Assembly: GCF_900289195.1 (NCBI RefSeq)
Contig: NZ_OMOH01000003.1
Span: forward strand, 120,001-152,000
Length of the DNA: 32,000 nucleotides
Source: Propionibacterium ruminifibrarum
Lineage (GTDB): Bacteria; Actinomycetota; Actinomycetes; Propionibacteriales; Propionibacteriaceae
Reading direction: 5' to 3'
Below are positions 1 through 8,672 of this stretch, piece after piece. The first letter of the stretch is position 1; each line of letters begins with the position of its first letter. Made by a program: the position numbers and the translations under genes. The notes beneath the pieces are model-generated. The model saw only the letters and a program-made list of their open reading frames with translations, had not been told where the DNA came from and did not search any database.

Positions 1-95
1 AGCTGGATGACCAGGTCGAGCAGCAGGCAGGCAAGCGTGATGGCGGCCCACTCGGCAACGATCCTGCCGGTGATCCTCACTCCACTCGCAGCCAT
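1..95 (-). CDS. 5' end of an unidentified gene running off the left edge (hydrophobic N-terminus)
   Basis: Minus-strand ATG at 95..93 with AGGGG 5 nt upstream. Open to position 1. Translates MAASGVRITGRIVAEWAAITLACLLLDLVIQ. Too short for the ORF track and too short to classify. Confidence 0.3.
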   Translation of the reverse strand, partial: MAASGVRITGRIVAEWAAITLACLLLDLVIQ

Positions 96-136
96 GGCGG
101 CCCCTGGTATTCCTCGTGGCAATCAGTGCCAGTTTA

Positions 137-217
137 GTTCAGCTCGTCGTGGTCAGGGTGGACGTGCCGTCCGGGCTCGGGCGCACGCTCACCCGCTCGG
201 CGATGCGCTGCTTCATC
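137..217. repeat. Direct-repeat copy A: detached relic of the sbcC 3' end (last 25 codons plus stop)
   Basis: Aligns without gaps to 1656..1736 (offset 1519), 76/81 identical. Mismatches at 143, 178, 184, 198, 213. Minus strand still reads MKQRIAERVSVRPSPDGTSTLTTTS-stop, versus MQQRIAKRVSVRPSPDGTSTLTTTN-stop at the real sbcC end. Confidence 0.9.
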
Positions 218-313
218 GGTGCCTGTGTCTCAGCTAAGAAAAAAGTGGACAGCGTCCAGCGGGAAGTCACTAGGTGTTAACTGGGTACAAGATCACCATC
301 ACTGGATGGAGCA

Positions 314-1582
314 ATGCTAATGGCTAGAGGAACCTCGCTGGCAGGGCCGAACAAATTCGTGGGGTGGGGTATCTGCACCGCAGCATTCCCTTGGGTATTT
401 TTTATCATTCAATGTATCGAGCAAGTGTTTATATCGGTGCGTAATGCTCATGATATCAAGTCAACCATAGTCTCTTCTTTTTCGGGTTCTTTCTCTAGCT
501 TGAAAGGGTCAATGCCTGGAGAGCTCAGTGTAGTTCTGGCGCTGCTTACTGTTGAAGGCATTTTGATGGCTGCAGCGTCGGGGTTTAAGGGGGTTAAGTT
601 TAGACCATGGTCCAAGGTGCGAGGCGAGTCATTATTGACAATTACAAGTGAATATCAAAAAAGATGGTCAGCTTATATGGTGATAGCAGTCTTGGGATCC
701 TCTTCGGGGGTTGTGCTTTTTTGCGGCGTGGTTATCCTCTTTTCCAACCATGGCTTATTATTTGCATTAATCATGATTTGTCTGGCTGCTATGCATGTCG
801 TGGTGAATGTATTTCTCGTTTCGCTAGAGGCGGGTGACTTAAATGAATTTGCCCCGTATGTACTCTATTGCAAGCTCTTTCAGCGCGTAGTTGATGTTAA
901 AGCCGCTGGGCCGCTAAATCGCAGAGATAGCCCGACCGCTGTACCGGTCTTGGCTTATGCGTTGGCGGTGCTGGCGCTACTTCTGTTACCGGTGGTTCCG
1001 CTGATCGGGGTGATAGCTGTTGAGTGGGCTGAATTGCGCGAAGAATATAGATGGGTCTTTGTTGTGTGGGTCTTTGGGCCAGAAGTTGTATTGGCCTGTG
1101 TTGCCTTGTTTGTTGCCCGGTCATACTGGGGTGGCTGCCACTGGTCTGCCGACTATAGTGATAGCGCATCGAAGCGAGTCGCCGTATTGCTCATAGAGTG
1201 GGTGCTGTTTGGGGGTGTGGCTTTGTTCATGGTTCTGTCCCTATTAATATATCATGACGCGGGTGTGAGTGGATTGAGCATGATTCTCTTTGCATTGTCC
1301 GTGATGTGCAGTATCGTCGTAGCGTTCATGGCTGCTTCTCGCTCGGGGGTAATCTGGCGGCGCGGTCTGATGAATAAGCTTTGGAGTCAGATATATCATA
1401 TGGCTGGTCAACAATTCGTTCAGGGTCGTTCTGACCTTTTCAAGATGGACGGCGGCGCGTCACTTGACAGCGCCAATAAGGAGTTGTTGCGAATGTATTC
1501 CGCCAAAGATCGTGCTGAGCTGTCGGTGATCGCAAAACAGATTATTAATTGGGGGTATGACGGCTCCAATTCTGTGGGCTGA
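314..1582 (+). CDS. Orphan polytopic membrane protein (about 9-10 predicted TM helices plus ~80 aa soluble C-terminal tail), low-GC, family unknown
   Basis: 422-aa ORF, the only long ORF in a segment whose GC is far below its flanks (sampled lines ~38-50% against ~70%). Repeated long hydrophobic stretches. GGAG lies 2 nt before ATG 314 and 8 nt before ATG 320, so 320 may be the true start. No motif I recognise. Confidence 0.75.
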   Translation: MLMARGTSLAGPNKFVGWGICTAAFPWVFFIIQCIEQVFISVRNAHDIKSTIVSSFSGSFSSLKGSMPGELSVVLALLTVEGILMAAASGFKGVKFRPWSKVRGESLLTITSEYQKRWSAYMVIAVLGSSSGVVLFCGVVILFSNHGLLFALIMICLAAMHVVVNVFLVSLEAGDLNEFAPYVLYCKLFQRVVDVKAAGPLNRRDSPTAVPVLAYALAVLALLLLPVVPLIGVIAVEWAELREEYRWVFVVWVFGPEVVLACVALFVARSYWGGCHWSADYSDSASKRVAVLLIEWVLFGGVALFMVLSLLIYHDAGVSGLSMILFALSVMCSIVVAFMAASRSGVIWRRGLMNKLWSQIYHMAGQQFVQGRSDLFKMDGGASLDSANKELLRMYSAKDRAELSVIAKQIINWGYDGSNSVG

Positions 1583-1590
1583 TAGGTATG

Positions 1591-1630
1591 GCGGTATGCG
1601 CCACCCATGAAAACAGGTGGCGCATACCGC
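1591..1630. terminator. Perfect 15-bp stem hairpin, candidate bidirectional terminator between the membrane-protein gene and sbcC
   Basis: GCGGTATGCGCCACC (1591-1605), loop catgaaaaca, GGTGGCGCATACCGC (1616-1630), followed by gtttct. Sits 9 nt after the stop of the 314..1582 ORF and just 3' of the sbcC stop. Confidence 0.6.
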
Positions 1631-1655
1631 GTTTCTGGTGTTGCTCGTAGAACTG

Positions 1656-1736
1656 GTTCAGTTCGTCGTGGTCAGGGTGGACGTGCCGTCCGGGCTTGGG
1701 CGAACGCTCACCCGCTTGGCGATGCGCTGCTGCATC
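1656..1736. repeat. Direct-repeat copy B (the functional 3' end of sbcC)
   Basis: Partner of 137..217, 76/81 identical. Contiguous with the full-length sbcC reading frame. Confidence 0.9.
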
Positions 1737-4700
1737 TCGGCGACGTGGCTGATGACGCCGATGCAGCGCCCGCCCGCGCGCAGCTGTTCCAGCTGGCCCA
1801 TGACCGTGTCGAGGGCGTCGGCGTCGAGGCTGCCGAAGCCCTCGTCGATGAAGAGGCTGTTGAGTTCGATGCCCCCGGCCTCGCTCGTCACCGTGTCGGA
1901 CAGGCCGAGCGCCATCGCCAGCGAGGCCAGGAAGGTCTCGCCGCCCGACAGGGTGCGCGGGTCGCGTTCGGTGTCGACGGGCACGTGGTCGACGACGACC
2001 AGCCCCAGGCCCTGCCTGCGGGCCCGGCCCTCGCGCTCGTCGGTGCGGCGCAGGCTGTAGCGGCCGTGCGTCATCACCTCGAGGCGCTCGTTCGCCCGGT
2101 CGATGACCTGCTCGAACCGCTGCCGCAGCACGAAGGTCGGCAGCGTGACGCCCATGAGGTTCCGTTTGCCGGTGGCGTTGGCCAGCTCGGCCATGCGCAG
2201 GTACGGCTCGGCCCGCGGCCCGACGCGGGCGTACGCGGCCAGTGCGCGGTCCAGGCGCTCGGACGCCTGCCGGCCCTGCTTCAGCTGCGAGTTCGCCTCG
2301 CCCAACCGCTGCTGGGCGTCCTGCGCCTCCTGCTGGGCCCGTGCCGCCGCGGCGTCCAAGGCCTCCAGGTCTGGCTCGGGGGCCTGGGCGGCGGCCACCA
2401 GCTGCTCATCGGCGAGCAGGGTGCTCAATTCCGCGGCGCGCGCCTCGTACGCGATGATCCGGCTGGTGAGGGCCGTCAACTCGGCTTCGGGCAGGGCGGC
2501 CGCGAGTACCTGCCCCGGGTCGTCTGCGAAACCCTCATGGGCCATGGCCGCGAGGGCGGCGGCGCGTGTCACCGCGTACTCCCGGCGGGCCTGGACGAGC
2601 TGGTCCAGCGCCTGCTGCAGGGCGGTGATCTGGCTGGCGCGCGCCGCCAGTGACGCGGCCCTCTCAGCGACGCTGGTGAAGCCCTCCCGGGCCTGTGCGA
2701 CGCGGGCCTCGTCGCCGGCGAGCGAGTCCTGCGCGGCCCGGATGGCTTCGGCCAGCGCGGCCTGCCGGGCGGTGAGCGATGCGATCTCCGTTGCTGCCTG
2801 CTCCGCCTCGGCCCGCAGCTCCTCGGCCCTGGTGCCGAGCTGCCCGCGTCGGGTGACGGCGGCGGTGGCCTGGTCGACGGCCCGCTCCGCGTCGTCGGCC
2901 GCTGCCCGGGCCTGCTCGCCGGTCAGGCCCCCGGCGAGGCCCTGCTGCTCGGTGAGGTGGGCGGCGACCCGGTCGCACTCGGCCGTCGCCCGCATCAGGG
3001 CCCTGCCCTGCTCGGCGGACGCCTCGGCCAGCCGTTCGACGTCGTCCCTCGTCGGCGCGTCCGGGGCGAGGACCGCCGGGCTCGGGTGGTCCATCGCGCC
3101 ACACACCGGGCACGGCCTCCCGGGCGCCAGCTCGGCGGCCACCTCACCGGCCAGCCCGTCGAGCCAGCGGGCGCGGGCCGCCGCGTGCTCGGCCGTCGCG
3201 GACTCCGCCGCCAGCCTCGCCTCGTCCTCGGCGCCCCGCGCCAGTGCCAGGGTCTGCTGGTCGTCCTCGGCGGCCAGCGCGGCTTGGAGCCTCGCCGCCG
3301 CGGCCTGCTGGGCGGCCCTGGCGTCGGGCAGGCCATCGGCGGTGGCCGCCAGCTCCTCGGCCTCGGTCACGGCCTCCTCGCGTCGCCGCACCAGGTCGTC
3401 ACGGTCCTGCCTCAGCGCCGCCAGCTGTTCTCCGAGCGACGCGGCCTGGTCCTGCTGGGCCTCGATGTCCGTGCGCCGCCCGGTCAGTGACTGTTCCAGC
3501 TCGACCAGCTCGGTCAGGGCACCGCTGGACTGCTGGGCCTGCCCCAGCGCCTCGGCGAGGGCGGCCCGGGTGTCGGCGATGGCCGTGGGCTCGGCCTCGT
3601 CGGAGTGGCCGCCGCAGGCCTCGAAGCGCTGCGGCAGCGGGACGTCGGACAGGTCGCTCTGCTCGGCGGCCTGCTGCCGCCAGCCGTCGGAGGCCGCCTC
3701 GAGGCGCGCCCGCGCCGTCTCGGACGTGTTGAGCGGACCCTCGCAGCGGGCGGCACGTCGGGCGAGCCCGGCCCGTTCCCGGCAGGTCTCGACCTCGCCG
3801 GCCCGGGCGGCGTGCTCGGCCTGCTCCCGCTGCAGCCGGGCGTGGCGGTCGCGGTCGGCGGTGAGCCGGTGTCCCCGTTGGGCCCCCTCGCGGGCCGCGT
3901 CGGCCGTTCCGGCGGCCCGCTGGGAGGCCTCGTCGAGCCGATCGCGGCGGGCCCGCAGCGCCGAAAGACGCGCTCGGGCCAGGGCGCCGAGCGCGGTGAA
4001 CTCGCCCGTCTCGACGGCGGCCGTCATGGCCTGCGGGTCGTCGGCGGGGGAGGGGCCACCGGTCCCAGCAACGGAACCGCCGGTGTCCTCGGCGGGGCCA
4101 CCGGGAGTCCGGGCGGAGCCGACGGCAGCTCCGGCAAGGCCTCCGGCGTCCTCGGCAGGATCGTCGGCGCCCTCGGCGGGGAACAGGGCACGGTCGTGGG
4201 GAAGACCCGGCTGGGCAGCGGCCGGTTCGCCGTCGCCAGCAGCGGTTCCGCCTGACCCCGCGGCACTGGCCGGCGCCTGTTCGGCGTCGGCCGCGGCCGG
4301 CTCGGTGCCCTGCTCGGCTGATCCGGTGTCCGGCTGCGGCCAGGCGGCGTGGATGAACTCGGAGGCGGCGGAGGCCACCTGGTCGCGGACCTCCTGCACC
4401 CGGTCGGAGCGCTCCCTGGCGAGGCGTTTCAGCTCGTCGGCCAGCGACTCGTAGACCTGGGTGCCGAAGATCTGCTGCAGCACGTCGCGCCGCTCCTCGG
4501 CCTTGGCGCGCAGGAAGGTGGCGAACTGGCCCTGCGGCAGGACGACGGTCTGGGTGAACTGCTCCCGGCTCAACCCGATCGCGGCGCGCAGCTCGGCACT
4601 CGCCTCCTGAATGTTGGACGAGACGGCGACGCCCTCGGTGTCGGCGGGGTCGGACAGCTTCCACAGGGTGATGCGCGGGTTCTCGGTGGTGGTGCCCGCC

Positions 4701-5014
4701 CCGCGCCTCTTGGGACGCTCGTACCTGGGGGAGCGCCGCACCCTGTACAGGCCGCGGCTCGTGTCGACGACCAGCTCGACGTAGGGTTCGACGCCCGGTC
4801 TCAGGTGGGTGGACGCCAGCCGGTCGTTGCTCGACTCGCTGCCGGCCACCTGGCCGTAGAGGGCGAAGACGACGGCGTCGATGATCGTCGTCTTGCCCGA
4901 CCCCGTTGGTCCTTCGAGCAGGAACAGGCCGTTCTCGCCGAGCGCCTGGAAGTCGATGACCTCGCGGCCCGCATACGGGCCGATGCCGCACAGTTCGAGG
5001 CGGAGGATCTGCAT
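1658..5014 (-). CDS. sbcC: SbcC / Rad50-like exonuclease ATPase subunit (SMC-like)
   Basis: 1118 aa. N-terminal Walker A GPTGSGKTT. Long Ala/Glu/Arg-rich coiled-coil with a CPVCG zinc-hook motif. C-terminal signature LSGGETFLASLAMALGLS and Walker B LFIDEGFGSLD. Start is 1 nt after the sbcD stop. Confidence 0.93.
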   Translation of the reverse strand: MQILRLELCGIGPYAGREVIDFQALGENGLFLLEGPTGSGKTTIIDAVVFALYGQVAGSESSNDRLASTHLRPGVEPYVELVVDTSRGLYRVRRSPRYERPKRRGAGTTTENPRITLWKLSDPADTEGVAVSSNIQEASAELRAAIGLSREQFTQTVVLPQGQFATFLRAKAEERRDVLQQIFGTQVYESLADELKRLARERSDRVQEVRDQVASAASEFIHAAWPQPDTGSAEQGTEPAAADAEQAPASAAGSGGTAAGDGEPAAAQPGLPHDRALFPAEGADDPAEDAGGLAGAAVGSARTPGGPAEDTGGSVAGTGGPSPADDPQAMTAAVETGEFTALGALARARLSALRARRDRLDEASQRAAGTADAAREGAQRGHRLTADRDRHARLQREQAEHAARAGEVETCRERAGLARRAARCEGPLNTSETARARLEAASDGWRQQAAEQSDLSDVPLPQRFEACGGHSDEAEPTAIADTRAALAEALGQAQQSSGALTELVELEQSLTGRRTDIEAQQDQAASLGEQLAALRQDRDDLVRRREEAVTEAEELAATADGLPDARAAQQAAAARLQAALAAEDDQQTLALARGAEDEARLAAESATAEHAAARARWLDGLAGEVAAELAPGRPCPVCGAMDHPSPAVLAPDAPTRDDVERLAEASAEQGRALMRATAECDRVAAHLTEQQGLAGGLTGEQARAAADDAERAVDQATAAVTRRGQLGTRAEELRAEAEQAATEIASLTARQAALAEAIRAAQDSLAGDEARVAQAREGFTSVAERAASLAARASQITALQQALDQLVQARREYAVTRAAALAAMAHEGFADDPGQVLAAALPEAELTALTSRIIAYEARAAELSTLLADEQLVAAAQAPEPDLEALDAAAARAQQEAQDAQQRLGEANSQLKQGRQASERLDRALAAYARVGPRAEPYLRMAELANATGKRNLMGVTLPTFVLRQRFEQVIDRANERLEVMTHGRYSLRRTDEREGRARRQGLGLVVVDHVPVDTERDPRTLSGGETFLASLAMALGLSDTVTSEAGGIELNSLFIDEGFGSLDADALDTVMGQLEQLRAGGRCIGVISHVAEMQQRIAKRVSVRPSPDGTSTLTTTN

Positions 5015-5015
5015 C

Positions 5016-6239
5016 TCAACCCCGCCTCTCCGCTGCCTCGAGTGCCTCGGCCAGCACCTGGCGCTCGGCTTGGTTCGGCGGCTCGCCCGACACCTGCCCG
5101 ACGAAGTCCGCCGTCACGGCCAGGGGATCGTCTGCGCCCGGGGCGGCGCCCGCCGCAGACCGGCCGCGGCGACCGGTGGGTTCGAAGAGCACCTGCAGGG
5201 CGTGCGGGAACACCTTCTTGACCTCGTGCACGAGATTGTCGGGCCGGGACTCGCCGGTGACGGTGACCCGCACCCAGTCCTCGCGCCGGGCGGCGAACCG
5301 CGGGCCGAGCACCTCGTCGAGGCTTCCGGCCACGTCGGACAGCCGCCGGGGCACCGGCGCGGGGACGAGCCGCACGCCGGCCACCGCGCCCGAGTCGTCG
5401 AAGTCGACGACGGCCGTGGACTTGCGGTGGTCCTTCTCGGAGAACGAGAACGCCAGCGGCGAGCCCGCGTAGCGCATGACCGGCGCCGGACGCGCCCCGC
5501 CTCCGCCCCGTTCCTGCGGGTCACGGGAGCCGGCGACGGCCTGCGGGCCGTGCAGGTGCCCGAGCGCGACGTAGTCGGCGCCGACCGACGAGAACAGGGC
5601 GGCCGGCACCGAGTCGACGCCGCCGATGCGCAGATCGCGCTCGGACTCGCTGGGCCGCCCGCCCGTGACGAACTCGTGCGCCATGACCACGGCCGGCACC
5701 CGCTCGGCGCCGCCGGACCGGCGGGCGGCCAGGTCGTCTCGGACGAGCCGCAGGGCGGCACCGACGACCGCCTCGTGCGAGCGGGCCAGCGGCTCGTCCG
5801 AACCCGCCGCGGCGGCCAGCCCGGCCCGCGTCATGTCGGGGTCGAGATAGGGCAGCGCGTAGACGAGCAGCCCCGTCGCCCCGTCGGCGGCCGGCACCGT
5901 CACCGGCGTCGCCACAGCCGCCGGGCGGGCGCAGATGTGCAGCCGTTCGCCGAGCAGCCCGGCGTTGAGACCCAGGCGCTGAGGGCTGTCGTGGTTGCCC
6001 GGCGTGACGACCACGCAGGCGATCTCGCACAGTCTCGCGAGCGCCCGGTCGAGCAGTTCGACGGCGGCGACGGGCGGCAGCGCCCGGTCGAAGACGTCAC
6101 CGCTGACGAGCACGGCGTCGACCCGCTCCGCGGCGGCCAGGTCGGCGAGATGGTCGAGGAACCGCTCGTGGGCGTCGGACAGGTCGACCCCGTGCAGGGT
6201 GCGGCCCAGGTGCCAGTCGCTCGTGTGCAGGATCCTCAT
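5016..6239 (-). CDS. sbcD: SbcD / Mre11-like nuclease subunit
   Basis: Track ORF 5016..6521 trimmed to the ATG at 6239, giving MRILHTSDWHLGRTLHG (canonical SbcD N-terminus). Calcineurin-like phosphoesterase motifs include GDVFD and GNHD. The upstream 94 codons are Arg-rich junk. Confidence 0.92.
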   Translation of the reverse strand: MRILHTSDWHLGRTLHGVDLSDAHERFLDHLADLAAAERVDAVLVSGDVFDRALPPVAAVELLDRALARLCEIACVVVTPGNHDSPQRLGLNAGLLGERLHICARPAAVATPVTVPAADGATGLLVYALPYLDPDMTRAGLAAAAGSDEPLARSHEAVVGAALRLVRDDLAARRSGGAERVPAVVMAHEFVTGGRPSESERDLRIGGVDSVPAALFSSVGADYVALGHLHGPQAVAGSRDPQERGGGGARPAPVMRYAGSPLAFSFSEKDHRKSTAVVDFDDSGAVAGVRLVPAPVPRRLSDVAGSLDEVLGPRFAARREDWVRVTVTGESRPDNLVHEVKKVFPHALQVLFEPTGRRGRSAAGAAPGADDPLAVTADFVGQVSGEPPNQAERQVLAEALEAAERRG

Positions 6240-6295
6240 GGCCAGGAGACTAGAGGATCGGTCCGACACACCGGGGCCTGCGCGGTGCCGGTGGA

Positions 6296-6805
6296 TCAGG
6301 CGACGCCGATCCTGTGCAGCCACGCGGTGACCGCCTTGGCGTTGGCGGCCGCTTCGAGGCGGGTCCCCGGCTTCCAGTCGCCGGTGTCGTCGAGGGCGGC
6401 GAGCCGGGTCGCGCTGCTGCCGACCGGTGAGGAGTACGAGGTGCAGAACGGCACGACGGTCTTGCCCGAGAAGTCGTTCTGCCGGACGAAGTCGTCGAGC
6501 ACCCAGGCGGCCTCGCCCCACCAGACGGGGTAGCCGACGAGGACGGTGCGGTAGTCGGCGAAGCCGTCGGGGGTGGTGCTCACCAGCTCCACGTGACGCT
6601 TGCCCGGATCGTCGTGCTCCCTGGAGACCCTGCTGCGGGGGTCGTTGTAGTTCAGGTCCGCCTCGCTGTAGGGGTCGGCGGGGGTGAGGACGAAGGTGTC
6701 GGCGCCGAGCGTCTTGGCGACGGTCTCGGCGACCCGGCCGGTGTGCCCGTGAGCCGAGTAGTACGCGACGAGGACCGAGGAGCCGGATGCGTTCGGAGTG
6801 CTCAT
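6296..6805 (-). CDS. Flavodoxin-family protein (cytoplasmic, short-chain flavodoxin-like fold)
   Basis: Track ORF trimmed to the ATG at 6805 (GGAAGG 8 nt upstream). Reads MSTPNASGSSVLVAYYSAHGHTGRVAE...LVGYPVWWGEAAWVLDDF...GKTVVPFCTS. Pattern recalled for the flavodoxin_4-type family. Paralogous to 14246..14926. Confidence 0.78.
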   Translation of the reverse strand: MSTPNASGSSVLVAYYSAHGHTGRVAETVAKTLGADTFVLTPADPYSEADLNYNDPRSRVSREHDDPGKRHVELVSTTPDGFADYRTVLVGYPVWWGEAAWVLDDFVRQNDFSGKTVVPFCTSYSSPVGSSATRLAALDDTGDWKPGTRLEAAANAKAVTAWLHRIGVA

Positions 6806-7062
6806 GTCATGCCTTCCTGATGGGTGCGCGCGGTCGACGACGCCATGTCTGGTGGTCGTCACCTGGATGGGGTCTGACGTGGATGCTGTGGGCGTGGCCG
6901 GGGACGTGTCGAAGTGCCCAGTCGCCTGGCTGCAGCAGATGCCTGCCTCGGCATTGCTGCCGGCATCGCGGTGACCGCAGGGCAGTTTACCCCCGTCGCC
7001 GTGCGGATCGTGGTCCTGAACCCGACTGCCGGGCACCGGTCAGGGACGGTTCGCCCCGGACG

Positions 7063-7103
7063 CCACGGCGGGTGGAACCCCTCATGGATTCCACCCGCCG
7101 TGG
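7063..7103 (-). terminator. 15-bp perfect stem hairpin downstream of the MFS transporter gene
   Basis: CCACGGCGGGTGGAA (7063-7077) and TTCCACCCGCCGTGG (7089-7103), 36 nt past the stop at 7139. No U-tract on the minus strand, so the terminator function is inferred only. Confidence 0.45.
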
Positions 7104-7138
7104 TCTGTTCTCCTCCGGTCCGCGGCCGTGACCGGGGG

Positions 7139-8617
7139 TCAGACCGTCGCCGTCTCGTCCGATGCCGGCTTCAGGCCGAGCCTTGCCCGCTCGTGGCGGG
7201 CGAACGGGCCGATCTCGGACTCACCGGCACGGCTGTCGGTCAGCAGGGTGAGGTCACGTCCGGCGACCTCGGGCATCGCGATGGCGGCCGACAGCGAGCA
7301 CAGGGAGAAGAAGGCGAGCATGACCGCGATCGGGACCCACGAGCCGGTGGTCGCGGCGACCCAGGCGGAGGCGATGACCGGGCCGGCGCCGGTGCCGATG
7401 ATGGCGGCGAGCTCCTTGGCCAGGGCGAGCTGGGTGTAGCGGTGCCTGGCCCCGAAGATCTCGGACATGGTCAGGTTCTCCAGCGACGCCAGGGCAAGCA
7501 CCGATGCCTGGTGCATGATGATGTAGCCGGCGAACACGGCGGGCACGGTCTTGCCGGACAGGATGAACATCATCGGGAACGCCAGGATGATGGACAGGGA
7601 CGCCATGATGATGTACATCGTCTTGCGCCCGAAGATGTCGCTCAGCAAGCCGATGATCGGGACCGTCGCGAAACCCACGAGCGAGGACACGATGACGACG
7701 TTGGTGCCGACGGACCGGTTCATGAGCAGTACCGCGGTGATGTAGCTCACGAGGTAGGTCTGGATCATCCCCGAGTTGCCGGCCTGACCGAGGCGCAGGA
7801 AGAAGGCGGTGACGAAGGCGCGGCCCTTCTTCTTGTCCGGGGCCAGTACCTCGTCGGCCTTGCCCGCGTTGACGATCTCACGCAGCTCGGACCGGGAGAC
7901 GGCGACGCCGTCCTTGACGTCGGCCCTGGCCTCGAAGACCGGGGACTCCTTGAGGGAGCGCCTGATCCACACGGCGAAGAAGAGGATGACGACCGACCCG
8001 AGGAAGGGGACGCGCCAGCCCCAGGACAGGAGCGTCTCCTCCGACATGGCGGCCACGAGGATGCCCCAGACGGCCGAGGCCAGCAGGGTGCCGGAGTTGG
8101 TGCCCAGCGCGACGAGCGAGCCGATGAGGCCCCGGCGGTGCCTCGGGGCGTACTCGGTGAGCATGACGGAGGAGCCGGCGATCTCGGCTCCGGCGCCGAA
8201 GCCCTGGAGGAGCCTCAGAACGACGAGCAGGATCGGGGCGACGATCCCGACCTGGTCGTAGGTCGGCAGGACGCCGATGAGGGTCGTCGCGACACCCATG
8301 AGCGCGATGGTGTAGTAGAGCACCTTGGTCCGGCCGATGCGGTCGCCCAGCCGGCCGAAGAACCAGGCGCCGAGCGGGCGGCTGAGGTAGCCGACGCCGT
8401 ACGTGGCCATGGCGGCGACGACGGCCATGGCGGCGTCCTCGGTGGTGAAGAAGATCTGGTTGAACACGAGCGCCGCGGCCAGCGAGTACAGCTGGAAGTC
8501 CATGAACTCCAGGGCGGTGCCGAGCCAGCCGGAGACGGCGGCCCTGGCCAGATCCGAGGTGGTCCGTTCCACCACTGTGCCGCTGGAGGAGCGGACGGTG
8601 GTTATCTTCTTTGACAT
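7139..8617 (-). CDS. MFS transporter, metabolite:H+ symporter (MHS) type, probable sugar-acid importer
   Basis: 492 aa and about 12 TM. N-terminal region GWLGTALEFMDFQLYSLAAALVF...GYLSRPLGAWFFGRLGDRIGRTKVL matches the MHS family signature (ProP/KgtP/ShiA-like). Last gene of a co-directional three-gene set. Confidence 0.88.
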   Translation of the reverse strand: MSKKITTVRSSSGTVVERTTSDLARAAVSGWLGTALEFMDFQLYSLAAALVFNQIFFTTEDAAMAVVAAMATYGVGYLSRPLGAWFFGRLGDRIGRTKVLYYTIALMGVATTLIGVLPTYDQVGIVAPILLVVLRLLQGFGAGAEIAGSSVMLTEYAPRHRRGLIGSLVALGTNSGTLLASAVWGILVAAMSEETLLSWGWRVPFLGSVVILFFAVWIRRSLKESPVFEARADVKDGVAVSRSELREIVNAGKADEVLAPDKKKGRAFVTAFFLRLGQAGNSGMIQTYLVSYITAVLLMNRSVGTNVVIVSSLVGFATVPIIGLLSDIFGRKTMYIIMASLSIILAFPMMFILSGKTVPAVFAGYIIMHQASVLALASLENLTMSEIFGARHRYTQLALAKELAAIIGTGAGPVIASAWVAATTGSWVPIAVMLAFFSLCSLSAAIAMPEVAGRDLTLLTDSRAGESEIGPFARHERARLGLKPASDETATV

Positions 8618-8672
8618 GGTGTGGGCCCTTCGTCCCTTCTGTTCGGTGAGTCGTTCTTGATGGAGGGGCCGG

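Noticed and set aside
4025-4339. About 105-aa Ala/Gly/Pro/Asp-rich low-complexity insertion in the SbcC coiled-coil
   Set aside because: The coiled-coil arms of SbcC/Rad50 are highly variable in length and composition. With no repeat structure or separate ORF, it is most likely a lineage-specific disordered insert.
6240-6521. N-terminal extensions of track ORFs (sbcD to 6521, flavodoxin to 7036, ADH to 10649, ManD to 11404, flavodoxin-2 from 14024, Qor from 16441, membrane protein from 22454, NirK from 23428, dnaX from 27126, ybaB from 30057)
   Set aside because: The extensions are Arg/Pro-rich, overlap the upstream gene or lack an RBS. In each case a downstream start with a good Shine-Dalgarno gives the canonical family N-terminus.
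1607-6533. Many long ORFs overlapping sbcC/sbcD on both strands (e.g. 2103..4454 +, 3399..4991 -, 4881..6533 +, 1607..2653 +)
   Set aside because: Their products are Arg/Ala/Pro/Ser-rich low-complexity strings typical of alternative frames in high-GC DNA. They are fully overlapped by genes with clear Walker, signature and phosphoesterase motifs. The same applies to 6914..8614 +, 9334..10755 -, 17830..19926 +, 20178..21437 +, 20512..21375 -, 22988..24715 -, 24921..26939 + and 27282..30587 -.
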